Assembly: GCF_003918875.1 (NCBI RefSeq)
Contig: NW_025766981.1
Span: forward strand, 682,001-746,000
DNA: 64,000 nucleotides
Direction: 5' to 3'
From: Haliotis rubra
Lineage: Eukaryota
This document shows, piece after piece, positions 25,101 to 38,762 of this stretch. Under the pieces are notes generated by a model. The model searched no databases, had not been told where the DNA came from, and saw nothing but the letters and a program-made list of their open reading frames with translations. Within the stretch, counting starts at the first letter, position 1; each line of letters starts with the position of its first letter. The position numbers and the translations under genes were made by a program.

Positions 25101-26866
25101 ATATATCCCCTTATCTTGCGTTACTTAATAAAAGAAATCATAGCATAGCAATGTAAAACCAACAGGGGTTCAATACGGAATCTTGGCTGCAATACGGAGT
25201 TACTATCCTAAGTTTACATGGGTATATAATAATCCTGCAAACTGAAACTGGAAATACATGACAAATAGAAGTGGAAAAGGCATGAGAGTGCAGACAGAAA
25301 CGTATTGTTTATTACAAATGTTTTCTAAACTCATTTGTTTAACATGTGTGTACCGATTAGTGTAAAGGAGAGACAGTGTAAACAACTTGACATTCCAGGT
25401 GAAACTATTCAAAACACAAATCCTAGATTAGTTGCTGCATAAGAAGCTGATTGTATTTTCCAAAACATGCATTACAATAATGAAACCATGTGTTTCTGAA
25501 ACGCTATGAAATAGTGACGATAACATGTGGTGAGTGAGTGAAGGTTACGCCACTTTAGCAATTTTCCAGCAATATCACGGCGGGGACACCAGAAATGGGC
25601 TTCACACATTGTACGCATGTGGGGATTCGAACCCGGGTGTTTGGCGTGGCGAGCGAACGCTTTAACCACTAGGCTACCCCACAACCCCGACGGTAACATG
25701 TAAACGATAAGGTGAGCTTATCTTCCTCTAACAGTGAACATTGATTTCAGGATCACTGTTTGCGAGTATCGGACTTGTGAACATCATCTCATCGGGTACT
25801 GGGATGATAATTTTCAACGAGATGTATAATGCCACTGTGAAGATGCTCCGTGGATTTGTTTTCTTCGCCGGTGCGGGATGCCAACTGTTGTGTGCAGTTA
25901 TCATAGTGTGAGTACAGGTCTTGTTGCGAGTATTGAACATTCAGGACGTCCATAGATAACCCGACCAATAGATAGTCTCCCTATCTATTTCAGTATCTTT
26001 GTATGTTTACATTTCATGGATAGGATTGTATTGTATACGAAAGACTAATGCTGCTAGTTTTGCAGCATACATATTTTCTCATTGATTAGTTTCTCATTGC
26101 TTCGATTATTTCAAATTTCTTTCAACAACCTGAAAATCCGTGTATTTTCTCGCTGCTTCTAATATTTTCTCCGTGTTCTTAAATGTTTTAGTATTTTCTC
26201 GTTATTTCGTTCATTTTGCGAGATTTTCAGTATTTACGTTACTTGAAATGACAAGAAAATATTCAAAACTTGAAGTAACCAGAAATAGATAAAAGTAACG
26301 AGAAATTCCGCTGAAACAACAATAGTGGCAGCATTAGGCTTGTGTAGTATGTTTATTTGGTATATTTCGACAAATAATGGTAAGGACCATCTTCATCTCG
26401 CATACGACCTGTGAAGATCCGGGGTAGAATAGGTCTTCAGCAACCCATTCTTGTCATAACAGGCGACAATGCTTGTCGTAAAAGGCGACTAACGGGATCG
26501 GGTGGTCAGGCTCGCTGACTTGGTTGACACATGTCATCGGTTCCCAATTGCGCAGATCGATGCTCATGCTGTTGATCACTGGATTGTCTGGTCCAGACTC
26601 GATTATTTACACACCGCCGCCATATAGCTGGAATATTGCTGAGTGCGCCGTAAAACTAAACTCACTCACTCACTCATCTCGCATACAGTGTCAGTGTATG
26701 TACCCACTGAGATTTTTGCAAGAGGTAACCGTTAGATGTCACATCGTGCAAATGAAAAAAAAATGAGATATTAAGTAAATACATATTCATGTGTTGCAGA
26801 GTGTTCTTGTGTATCTCCCGCCGCAGGAGTGTAACTGATACCTCCACTGTTGGCCTCAATGACTGA
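22199..26866 (+). CDS. SLC46A3-like: SLC46-family transporter copy 3; join(22199-23312,23400-23483,25751-25907,26800-26866), 473 aa
   Basis: Near-identical to copy 2, same exon sizes and phases, TGA at 26864-26866. Confidence 0.9.
23511..23903 (-). mobile_element. Retroposon family C (shared insertion, copy 3)
   Basis: Same site and TSD as in copy 2. Confidence 0.8.
24452..24614 (-). mobile_element. SINE family A with TSD tctctgaaatga
   Basis: TSD on both sides; paralog at 34209-34371. Confidence 0.8.
25530..25688 (-). mobile_element. SINE family A with TSD gacg(a/g)taacatgt
   Basis: Empty site in copy 1 (~6264); paralog at 35369-35528. Confidence 0.8.
26406..26673 (+). mobile_element. SINE family B, full length with 13-bp TSD
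   Basis: TSD tcatctcgcatac at 26393-26405 and 26674-26686; empty sites in copies 2 (~16420) and 4 (~36250). Confidence 0.9.
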
Positions 26867-26921
26867 ACGCCAGGCCTCATCATCTACCAACACAAGTCTG
26901 TCACCGACACGACCATGTGAC

Positions 26922-29900
26922 TGTCACGCGACTCGCGTGTGTGTTATGCAACATGGCCGTAAGTGCCTGCGCATTTGTATATTCAGCTAATCTAGTTGAG
27001 CCGTGGGTCCCCTGTTGCTACTTTTCGCTTGTTATGCATTGTACCCTCTTGTAGAGGAGTTTACTAGTATTTTGTATATGTGACTCCCGTCACTGTTTCT
27101 GATTTTATAAGGGAGATATAAGCTTTATACCGCTCCCACCTTTATGTATACCCCTTATTTGATCAGGGTTTTTGTTAACTACAAAATTGTACAAACTATT
27201 GTCTCAATATCCACCTATATCTAATTGTAGTAGAGCTAACGCTCTTCTTATACATGTATTCCCCTTCACTGTACATACGCTTACAAGTGAGTTATGGTCG
27301 TTTATGTACCCAAGTATTAGCACACTTCTTTGTTGGACAGAGTCTAGGTGCCAACCTTCACCCTCGCGTGAGGTATGTCCTCTGCGACGTCCACGCGGTT
27401 ACGTTATAGCTGGACCTGGCCAGTTATCCGACACACCTGGGGAAAGTTAGACTGCTGTGTGCATGTCGGCCTACTACCAGTTGTCAATTGCCGCATCGTG
27501 GGGACCGAACATGGGAGCTCAAGACTGGTTTTTGTGATGGTACATCTTGTTCTGGTCTGTTTGTCCTATTGATCACTTTGGGTGTTAAATGTTTATTGGC
27601 CCGATACTCTCCCTGTAAGTGGCGGTAGTTACGGTGGAGTAATCAATAACACGGAAGGCCTCTGACAGGTAATTAAGGGCAACAATGGAGTGTGTTAATT
27701 GAATCACAACACCTAGCTGATTGCAATTAGACAAGGGGCAATTAAGCAAGCTGGATACAGGTGTAATTAACAGGTGTATTAATTTCATTAGCCCGCACAG
27801 AGCTAGACTGAACACTGGGTTGTTGTTTTTTAGGGTGTCAGCCCGATCTGTCGACAAATGAAAAATAGGATTTTGCTAACCGTCGACAAAACAAAACCCG
27901 GAGTGTCGACATCGCGTGGTCAACATACCGTGACGGTGTTAATTAATGAAAGAGAATGTTTGCTTAGCGGTTTGCAAGTGGCTATGGCGGCTACAGCTAT
28001 GCTCGTATCATGAGTAAATGAATTAAGTTGATTAAAAAGAATGTCTTTTTAACAATTTGCAAGAGAATTAAGGTTGCAAAAACAGACTATTATTTTACGT
28101 TATGCGAGTGGAAGGATTACCATTTTGGAGTTTAACATGCAACAACATCCGGAAAGAAACAGCTTACAAATTATTTTGTGATATTGGGAGTAGAAGGATT
28201 ATCGAAATGCTGTTGTAAACATTTAGCATTTGGGTATATATAATAGATCATGAATATTTTGTTACCCATGTCAAAATGGCAAACGCTATGGTGCGCGTTA
28301 CATTGATTGACAAAATTCATAGAGGTCAGAATCTTTACCACAATGGATTCAAGTACAGAGTCAACAGACGCAGAGCTCAAAAAACATACTGGAGATGTAC
28401 AGATGCAACCTGTCCATATATAAAGGAGTTTTGGCAAGAAGAAATAACTGGACTCATCTTTTATATATTTATTACTTATACACCTGCAGAAATCACTTGT
28501 TTATATAAAACACACACACAAAATATATTGTGTGAGCTTTATGAAATATATATACAAATATGTTATATTGTGTGACATATGATACATGCATGTTGTTATA
28601 TTGACTGAATAACTATGTTGTCTACTATATATATCACACTCTGTTTTAATTGGTTTGTTAATTTCGATGACACTGGGAGTGAAGTCACTCATGTAGAACA
28701 TCACCTCCCTTTTCCCGGACTGTCGACAAGTAATTTGGACGGATTATTTCTTGTTGTCGACAGTCCGGGCATAAACCGTTTTTGACAGCACGGGCCAAGT
28801 CGGGCTGAACAGAGACTAACACTTTTGATTGAGGCTATGTTGTGAATGGAGAGAGAAAAGGGCTTCACTTAAACGAACCAGTTATCTTTACATGTGGCAT
28901 TTTGTAACATCACACATTGATATTTAGGTAGATATAATTCTATTCTATGGATTTAAACACAAATCAGAATACATGGGTGGGGTTTAGCCCGGGCCACGCT
29001 TGTGATACAGTGTCTTTGTTGAGAATATATAGAAAAGAGAGCTTCACTTTCAGCAACGTTTTCACTTCAAATACTACACTTTGAGACTCTGTGAAGTGAT
29101 ATGTAGGTAGATATAATACTAATCTATGGATATAAACACATTTCAAGATACATGTGTGAGGTTTAAGTTGTTTTTGACAGCACGGGCCAAGTCGGGCCGA
29201 ACAGAGACTAAACACTTTTGATTGAGGATTTTGTTTTCCGAGGACTTTTTTTCCTAAAATCGTTGGGAATGGAGAGAGAAAGGGGCTTCAATTTTACTTT
29301 ACTTTATGAAGCGGTATTTAGGTAGATATGATAACATTTTGTGTTTCATGTGTATTAGTATTTATAAGCATATGCATACGCGCTGGCTAACTGATTTGGG
29401 CTGGTATTGTTTACAATGAAAACACTTAAGAATTTTGTGTGTGTGAATGCATACCTTGTTTGATCCTTCATAAAATATGACAAAAGGTTGAGATGTAAAA
29501 TATTTCTTTTAATATACGTAATCATGTCATATTTGCCCATTGACACTCGCCAATATCCACTTCTCTTTAACATAAACATCCTGTGCTGATTCAGCATGAG
29601 ACAATAAAGGTTAATTAGGGAACCCCAATATCTTAATTAAGGAAAGAAAAGCAGTCAAAACACTGTCACTTCCTGCCCAGGACCCCAGGATGTCACACGC
29701 CAAGAGAAGTAAGCAACCTTCCCACATAGACATATCAAGGAAAACACATAACAACAAGACGGTGTCTTGTCTATGGGAATCTCGGTATGTAGTCATTGTT
29801 GTTGTGTGTTTTTCATCGTTAACTATACATTTGTGAAGGCAGGAAGTGTATCTACCCAAATGTGCAGATTTCGTTTTAATATTCTGCAATCCATTTTTAG

Positions 29901-30203
29901 TATTACCCGACTTTTCTTGGCCCGACTTTTAGGCCATCCTCTTATTATCCCCCACTCATTAGGTGTCACCAGTCAATATATGGTCTGATCCCTGAGCTAG
30001 TCTATTAAGGCGAGTTTACTTAGCTAGTTAGCTTGTTTCTAGCGACTCTGTTGTTGTGCTTGGGGTGCAAGCTCATTCATGCTTGAGCAGGTACTTAGCT
30101 TTAATAAATGGTTGTATCCAACAATCGGGTTGTGTATGTATTTGCTTACTATTCTGGATCATTTTCCGTCCAGTCTCCCTGGACGGTAGTTGGCGCCGTG
30201 ACA
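26922..30203. mobile_element. Same solo-LTR-like element in copy 3, with nested insertions
   Basis: Same termini and site. Confidence 0.75.
27834..28777 (+). mobile_element. Non-autonomous MULE-like DNA transposon with FLYWCH zinc-finger fragment
   Basis: ORF 28276: LYHNGFKY...KTYWRC...C; imperfect TIRs ggt...gcccg..ctgtcgacaa; imperfect 9-bp flanks gttttttag/gtttttgac; absent from copy 2. Confidence 0.7.
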
Positions 30204-30752
30204 GTGGCGTCCGTTGTTGATGTTGTCGTCAAGGAACGAGGATGATACTGAGTTATTACTCTTGAAATGAACATAACTGCCAGGAAACGTTTGATATATT
30301 TATCATTAAAGTTTTAATCCATTATGAGATTTGTAGGGAAGGATGATCGGTGCTTTCGGGAGTATCAGTTTTAATTGTAGGTTGGCTATAGAGTGTGTCT
30401 AGTGTGGATCGGAGATGCTTGTAAAACTTGAAACAGGCAAAAATGATAATTTTGACATAGGTAACACAGAGACTCTATCTATCATAACACTAGGAAAATG
30501 AGAACGAGAATCATCCAAACCAACCCAATGTCAATAGCATGAGGATTACAATGGCTTCTGGAAAGGCATGAGCAGTCTGCTTGAACAGAGATACTTTCAC
30601 TTTCACAAACATGGTGGCAATAAATCAACAAATTTTGAAGACAAAACTATGACGTCATGCTCTTCCTGTGTATTACCTATTCTGTTAGGAATATCTCACG
30701 TGTACGAAATGTGTAACTCCACCGGATGACACACACAAGTTATTTCAGGCTA

Positions 30753-30915
30753 GGGGCGGTGGGGTAACTTAGTAGTTAAAGCGATCGCTCGTCACGCCGA
30801 AGACCTGGGTTCGATTCCCCACATGGGTACAATGTGTGAAACCCCTTTGGTGTCCTCCGCCGGACTATTGCTAGAATAATGCTAAAAGCGGCGTAAAACC
30901 ATACTCACTTACTCA
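30753..30915 (+). mobile_element. SINE family A
   Basis: A and B boxes plus tail. Confidence 0.8.
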
Positions 30916-32017
30916 TTTCAGGATAGTGAGCCATCCGATATTAACCAACATATACAACAGAAAAGGAGAATAAAACAAGATCTGATTCTCGGGGGGATGC
31001 TGAAAGAACGTACATTTGAATCAGGATGCCGATGTTGCAGCCTTTTTAAGCGATTTGATGTGGAGCTTTGGAGCCACATACCCTACCCTGTATAGCCTAG
31101 CGTTTAAGGTTGGCTCGTATTGTAAAATGTTGCAGCCCATTTCTGTTCCCCGCCGTCCTGGAATATTGCAGTCATTCAGTCAGTCAGTCAGTCAGTCAGT
31201 ATACGTTTTGGTGTATTTAGTAGGCTAATATTGCATATTCTGTTCCAGCCATCCTATGCACAACATTCAAAGAGATTCATACGCAACTGATGGAGGAAGT
31301 TAAGGCCCCTGCACCAACAGGAATGGCCAGGCGGTACCACACTTTGCACATAAGGACTTCGGCATTGTCTTATTTAATTAATTAAGAACTTGTTTTATAA
31401 ATGGGAAATGTAAGGAGAAACACTAAAGTGTTGTCCCATAATATTTCTATTTTCCTAATGTCTTAGTCGACCAGCCTTCATAAATATAATAACTTGACTT
31501 TTATCAATATTTATTTTCAATTTCCACTTGTTACAATACGAAACTAGCTTGTCTAGCCTCTTTTGCAGATCTATAACTGTAAAGTCAAAAAGCGCAATAT
31601 CATCAGCAAACAGTAGGATGAACAGCTCAACTACATCTAGATTGATACCCCTCTGACCATCAGCAGATAGACAATCCTAGTTGATAAACAAAGCAAAACA
31701 TAATTTCTAGCTAATTATGAGCAGCAAACCACAATTATACTGAATATCTTAGAAATATATTCAGGTTACAAACCAAAATTACAAGGCATTATACAATTAA
31801 TACTCAAGATAAGATTTGTTTATTGCATATGCCAGCAACACGTTACCCTTACGTGTTTATCATGTACACTGTATCAGTATATCACATGGCCATCATATCA
31901 TATATGTTACGTCAATCAGGATTACGCCATTAAATGCACTGCGCATGTATCAGGGCAGTTTTCTGGGACAGGTGACGCAAGGTAGGCCACAATCTCCTGG
32001 CTGAACACGAGACAAAC

Positions 32018-35000
32018 ATGGAGTCCACACCGCTTCTTGAAAACAAGGCTAAAGAAGAAAAGTCTAAGCTAGGAAATCTACTCAAGGCCAACATTGTGTT
32101 TCTTGTTTACCAGCTGTCTGTCAATGTCCATGATCCAGTGTTAACACAATACCTTTACCAGAGGTACTCCGAGGAGGTGTTCGGCAACAGCACAAAGTCA
32201 GCCAGTACTGCTAATCAAACATCCAAGTGTTACGTCAATGAGTCGGATCCAGGATACCTGTTACAGGAAAGGGTTCAGGATCTTACTTCCAACTGTCAGA
32301 CAATACTCACAGCTATCGGAAACTCTACAGCGTTAATTAGCTGTATCTTCTTGGGGGCGTATTCTGATTTTCTTGGTCGACGATTTCTCTTCATATTACC
32401 TTTAGTCGGCCAGATTCTGAAGAATGTATTGACGATATTTGTTATTTACTGGAATCTAGATCTGAAATACCTGTACGTTAGCGAGGTGATTGAAGGTGTT
32501 TCGGGAGGATATAATGGTGTGATTCTGGCTACCTATGCCTACACGGCTGACAATACACCACCTAAGAACTCACGGACAGTTGGCATCGCTGTGCTAGATT
32601 TCACCACCTACGTAGCTTCTGCAGTTTCCGAAGTTATTACTGGATACTTCATCAAATACCTAGGTTACCTCTACCCGTCCATAACTACGACTTCGCTAAT
32701 GCTTCTGTCACTAATCCTTGTCGTTGTTCTTCTTCCTGAAACTATCAACAAAGATAGAAGATCCCAGTACCCATCTCCGGTGAAGGCGGTGAAAAATGTT
32801 TTTGGATTCTACTTTTCAAAAGATTTTGGACAAACAAGAAGTCTTTTCTGGCTTTCGCTGACAGCGTATTTCATAACATATTTTAGTTTGAGTGGTGTCT
32901 TTTTTCTGGAGTATCTTTTCCAGCTGAACCTGCCATTCTGTTGGGGACCAGAGCTCATCGGCTATTTCAATATGGCGTTGGCCCTTTCCAGACAAATTCT
33001 TGGGATTCCAGTCATCAAACTACTTCATTTATGCACCTCCGACCCAGGACTATGTATCATAACATCTGTCATACTGGCCGTATCCTACGTCCTAAATGGT
33101 GTGGCCAACACTGACGTCATGCTCTTCCTGTGTAAGTTATTCTACATCTTCAGAAGACTTGTATATATTAATACTGTTTAGTCTTTGCGGTTGAGTAAAG
33201 TGGATTGTTTTGTTGCAGGTGTTTTGCCCAGTGGTATTGCAGCTCCTTTGTTGCCAGCACTGCGGGCTATCATGTCACGGATGGCCCCTCCTGAAATGCA
33301 GGGTGAGTATGCAGGTATATTTTGATGGAATGAGTGAGTGAGTGAGTTAATATGTAACGTCACATCGGCAATATTTCAGCCATATTGTGACGACAAAACG
33401 TTATGTACTAAGAATAGACATATGTATACTTATTTAAAAACCTGCCAGCGAAGGACAGTATAACGACTAGAATGTCACAAATCGATTAAAACTAGTTTGA
33501 GTTCAGTGTAAAATGTTAAATCATTTCAAAACAACACAATATAAAATCGGGCTATAGATCGCCAACAACTGAAGGTAGATCACCATACTAGGGACCATGG
33601 GGACTTACAGTACATTTGCTTCCTGCATGGGACCTAGCTGGATTTACACCATCCCCTCAGCCGCTGGTGATGGAAGGGAAACTTAGCCATAAACATAAAA
33701 TAACAAATAGTCTACGTTTAACATTTTGATGGACTTGTCAGACATGCAAACAGAATGAAAACATGGATCATCGTAGATAGATATGGATGGACATTGACAC
33801 GAATGCAATCAGAGAGATAACAATAGAGGGTCCCATGATATCAACATTCAAATAGATATTACAGATTTAAACAATCGGACGAAATGCCTATGATAATAAT
33901 TAAGAGAACGTTGTAATCAAATTTACATACATAACACAATTTTCACAATTATTAGAAACCTTTATTTACGATCTTAATTATATCCTCAACTCATGGCCAT
34001 GATGAAATAGACTTGATAACGTGTCCATGGTGATGTGAGCTTTCCTATCTCAGTGGTGACACGCTTTACAACGACAACCACATGCTTTCCAAAATGCAAA
34101 GGAGAGCCACACGTTCATGTTTTGTACAAAGCTGGTATGAGAGGCATGACTAGACTAATATTTTAGTCTTTGAAAAGCATAACTAAACTAACATTTTAGT
34201 CTCTGAAATGAGTGAGTGAGTTTGGTTTTACGCCGCTTTTAGCAATATTTCAGCAACATAACGTTCTGACACCAGAAATGGGCTTCACACATTGTTCCCA
34301 TGTGGGAAATTGAACCCGGTTCTTCAGCGTGACGAGCGAACGATTCAACCACTAGACTACCCCACCGCCCCTTCTCTGAAATGAACATATTTTACAGAAA
34401 AACGGTTCATAAATAATAATCATAACATAAAAGAGAAAGGAGCCTGAGGCTTTCTCCATTATCAGAAACCATGGTAATCAAGACTTGCCACATATTCTAG
34501 ACTTGCATGGGCTTCCTTGCATATAATTGTTTCAGGGTCTGTATGGCAGACTAAGGTATAACCATCAATATGATCTGCACACAGCGAGAATCTTCAACTG
34601 GGTTAAAGGAAATAAAGTAAACTGTTCCTATTCTGCAGCTTTACTCAATTAATCTACAGATCATCAGACTATAACTTTATTATCTCCATGAACCATTTCC
34701 ATGGTCTGAAAGCCACAACGTCTCCAATTGACCGTGATTACAAACATTATGCACTTCCATAACAATAAATATATTCATGCCAATAATGATTGTCACCCCC
34801 TTCAATTTTCTTTATTGGGTGTGGGGGGTTGGGGTGGGGAGGACCATTATTGGCAGGAGTATATATAGAATGTCCCATGACATCTTTGAGTTCAATACAA
34901 AACATCCAAATGCACTTGTATGACGTTCCATATGTATTAATATACCCCCTTATCTTGCGTTACTTAATAAAAGAAATCATAGCGTAGCAATGTAAAACCG

Positions 35001-36440
35001 ACAGGGGTTCAATACGGAATCTTGGCTGCAATACGGAGTTACTATCCTAAGTTTACATGGGTATATAATAATCCTGCAAACTGAAACTGGAAATGCATGA
35101 CAAATAGAAGTGGAAATGGCATGAGAGTGCAGACAGAAACGTATTGTTTATTACAAATGTTTTCTAAACTCATTTGTTTAACATATGTGTACCGATTAGT
35201 GTAAAGGAGAGACAGCGTAAAAAACTTAACATTCCAGGTGAAACTATTCAAAACACAAATCCTAGATTAGTTGCTGCATAAGAAGCTGATTGTATTTTCC
35301 AAAACATGCATTACAATAATGAAACCATGTGTTTCTGAAACGCTATGAAATAGTGACGATAACATGTAGTGAGTGAGTGAAGGTTACGCCACTTTAGCAA
35401 TTTTCCAGCAATATCACGGCGGGGGACACCAGAAATGGGCTTCACACATTGTACGCATGTGGGGATTCGAACCCGGGTGTTTGGCGTGGCGAGCGAACGC
35501 TTTAACCACTAGGCTACCCCACAACCCCGACGGTAACATGTAAACGATAAGGTGAGCTTATCTTCCTCTAATAGTGAACATTGATTTCAGGATCACTGTT
35601 TGCGAGTATCGGACTTGTGAACATCATCTCATCGGGTACTGGGATGATAATTTTCAACGAGATGTATAATGCCACTGTGAAGATGCTCCGTGGATTTGTT
35701 TTCTTCGCCGGTGCGGGATGCCAACTGTTGTGTGCAGTTATCATAGTGTGAGTACATGTCTTGTTGCGAGTATTGAACATTCAGGACGTCCATAGATAAC
35801 CCGACCAATTGATGGTCTCCTAATCTATTTCAGTATCTTTGTATGTTTACATTTCATGGATAGGATTATATTGTATAAAAGACTAATGTTGCTAGTTTTG
35901 CAGCATACATATTTTCTCATTGATTAGTTTCTCATTGCTTCGATTATTTCAAATTTCTTTCAACAACCTGAAAATCCGTGTATTTTCTCGCTGCTTCTAA
36001 TATTTCTCGGTGTTCTTAAATGTTTTAGTATTTTATCGTTATTTCGTTTATTTTTTCGAGATTTTCAGTATTTACGTTACTTGAAATGACAAGAAAATAT
36101 TCAAAACTTGAAGTAACCAGAAATAGATAGAAGTAACGAGAAATTCCGCTGAAACAACACTAGTGGCAGCATTAGGCATGTGTAGTATGTTTATTTGGTA
36201 TATTTGAAATATTTGATATATTTCGACAAAAAAATGGTAAGGACCATCTTCATCTCGCATACAGTGTCAGTGTATGTACCAGCTGAGATGTTTGCAAGAG
36301 GTAACCGTTAGATGTCACATCGTGCAAATAAAAAAAATGAGATATTAAGTAAATACATATTCATGTGTTGCAGAGTGTTCTTGTATATCTCCCGCCGCAG
36401 GAGTGTAACTGATACCTCCACTGTTGGCATCAATGACTAA
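32018..36440 (+). CDS. SLC46A3-like: SLC46-family transporter copy 4; join(32018-33131,33219-33302,35591-35747,36374-36440), 473 aa
   Basis: Near-identical to copies 2 and 3, same splice sites, TAA at 36438-36440. Confidence 0.9.
33330..33722 (-). mobile_element. Retroposon family C (shared insertion, copy 4)
   Basis: Same site and TSD as in copy 2. Confidence 0.8.
34209..34371 (-). mobile_element. SINE family A
   Basis: Paralog of 24452-24614. Confidence 0.8.
34772..34861. mobile_element. Tc1/mariner-type MITE (TA site) in intron 2 of copy 4
   Basis: TIR ta(c/t)tcatgccaataatg; empty TA site in copy 3 (~25024). Confidence 0.7.
35369..35528 (-). mobile_element. SINE family A
   Basis: Paralog of 25530-25688. 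Confidence 0.8.
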
Positions 36441-36495
36441 ACGCCAGGCCTCATCATCTACCAACACAAGTCTGTCACCGACACGACCATGTGAC

Positions 36496-37475
36496 TGTCA
36501 CGCGACTCGCGTGTGTGTTATGCAACATGGCCGTAAGTGCCTGCGCAATTGTATATTCAGCTAATCTAGTTGAGCCGTGGGTCCCCTGTTGCTACTTTTC
36601 GCTTGTTATGCATTGTACCCTCTTGTAGAGGAGTTTACTAGTTTTTTGTATATGTTACTCCCGTCACTGTTTCTGATGTTATAAGGGAGATATAAGCGTT
36701 TATACCGCTCCCACCTTTATGTATACCCCTTATTTTATCAGGGGTTTTGTTAACTACAAAATTTTACAAACTATTGTCTCAATATCCACCTATATCTAAT
36801 TGTTGTAGAGCTAACGCTCTTCTTATACATGTATTCCCCTTCACTGTACATACGCTTACAAGTTACTTATGGCCGTTTATGTACCCAAGTATTAGCACAC
36901 TTCTTTGTTGGACAGAGTCTAGGTGCCAACCTTCACCCTCGCGTGAGGTATGTCCTCTGCGACGTCCGCGCGGTTACGTTATAGCTGGACGTGGCCAGTT
37001 ATCCAACACACCTGGGGAAAGTTAGACTGCTGTGTGCATGTCGGCCTACTACCAGTTGTCAATTGCCGCATCGTGGGGACCGAACATGGGAGCTCAAGAC
37101 TGGTTTTTGTGATGGTATATCTTGTTCTGGTCTGTTTGTCCTATGGATCACTTGGGGTTTTAAATGTTTATTGACCCAATACTCTCCCTGTAAGTGGCAG
37201 TTGTTGGGTCCTTATTATCATCTCCCACTCATTAGGTGTCACCAGTCAATATATGGTCTGATCCCTGAGCTAGTCTATTAAGGCGAGTTTACTTAGCTAG
37301 TTAGCTTGTTGTTTCTAACGGCTTGTTGTTGTGCTTGAGGTGCAAGCTCATTCATACTTGAGCAGGTACTTAGCTTTAATAAATGGTTGTATCCAACAAT
37401 CGGGTTGTGTATTTGCTTACTATTCTGGATCATTTTCCGTCCAGTCTCCCTTCGACGGTAGTTGGCGCCATGACA
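36496..37475. mobile_element. Same solo-LTR-like element in copy 4, short 980-bp form
   Basis: TGTCA...TGACA, flanks gtgac/gtggc. Confidence 0.75.
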
Positions 37476-38532
37476 GTGGCGTCCGTTGTTGATGTTGTCG
37501 TCAAGGAACGAGGATGATACTGAGTTATTACTCTTGAAATGAACATAACTGCCAGGAAACGTTTTATATATTTATCATTAAAGTTTTAATCCATTATGAG
37601 ATTTGTTGGATGATCGGTGCTTTCCGGAGTATCAGTTTTAATTGTAGTTTGGCTATAGAGTGTGTCTAGTGTGGATCGGAGATGCTTGTAAAACTTGAAA
37701 CAGGCAAAAATGATAATTTTGACATAGGTAACACAGAGACTCTATCTATCATAACACTAGGAAAATGAGAAAGAGAATCATCCAAACCAACTCAATGTCA
37801 ATAGCATGAGGATTACAATGGCTTCTGGAAAGGCATGAGTAGTCTGCTTGAACAGAGATACTTTCACTTTCACAAACATGGTTGCAATGAATCAACAAAT
37901 TTTGAAGACAAAACTATGACGTCATTGATTATTTAAAACAATGGTTGACTGCTCTTTTTGACACAACTTTCATTAGGAACAGTAAGCTAAATTAGCATAA
38001 CAGGCACATCTTTTGAATTTGAAACTGTAAATCGAAAATACTTTCATGCAACGAAACACCCAGGATTTTAAACTGTTCGTCTGGCATTTCTTATACCATT
38101 TTCTTTAACTATTCTTATTTTCACTATGCATTACATATGCTATTGTTAGAGGTTTGTGAAAATGTTATTCAAATCCTTTCGTTAGTATTTACGTTACATC
38201 ATAGACTGACACTTTAATATGGAACAAATAGAAAGATTTTTATGAAAAATGTGTTGTTTTGCTTTACACTATTCCAGCTTTATGATATTGCCCTGAAAAT
38301 AACTGATCTTGGATCAGCAATACCAGTGATTGATAATATGGCATTAATCCATCTAATTAAAAAGTCACTGAGTCATTTAGTCAACGCTGAAGTGACCAAT
38401 GTTTAGTGACTAAAATGTTTTAGGCTGTTTGATCTTATTTTACTTGTCAAATTCACTTGTCGCATTAGGTAACCACAAAGACGTTTTTGGACCAAAGGTC
38501 AGTATAGGCGGACCATATTCCAGCAACCACTA

Positions 38533-38762
38533 AGTGAGTAAGTGAGTTTAGCTTTACGCCGCACTCAGCAATATTCCAGGTATATGGCGGCGGTCTGTAA
38601 ATAATCGAGTCTGATCAACAGCAAGAGCATCGATCTGCGCAACTGGGAACCGATGACATGTGTCAACCAAGCCAGCGAGCCTGACCACCCGATCCCGTTA
38701 GTCGCCTTTTTACGACAAGCATGGGTTACTTAAGGCTCATTCTAACCCGGACCTTCACGGGT
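38533..38762 (-). mobile_element. SINE family B
   Basis: Reverse complement of the family consensus. Confidence 0.8.
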
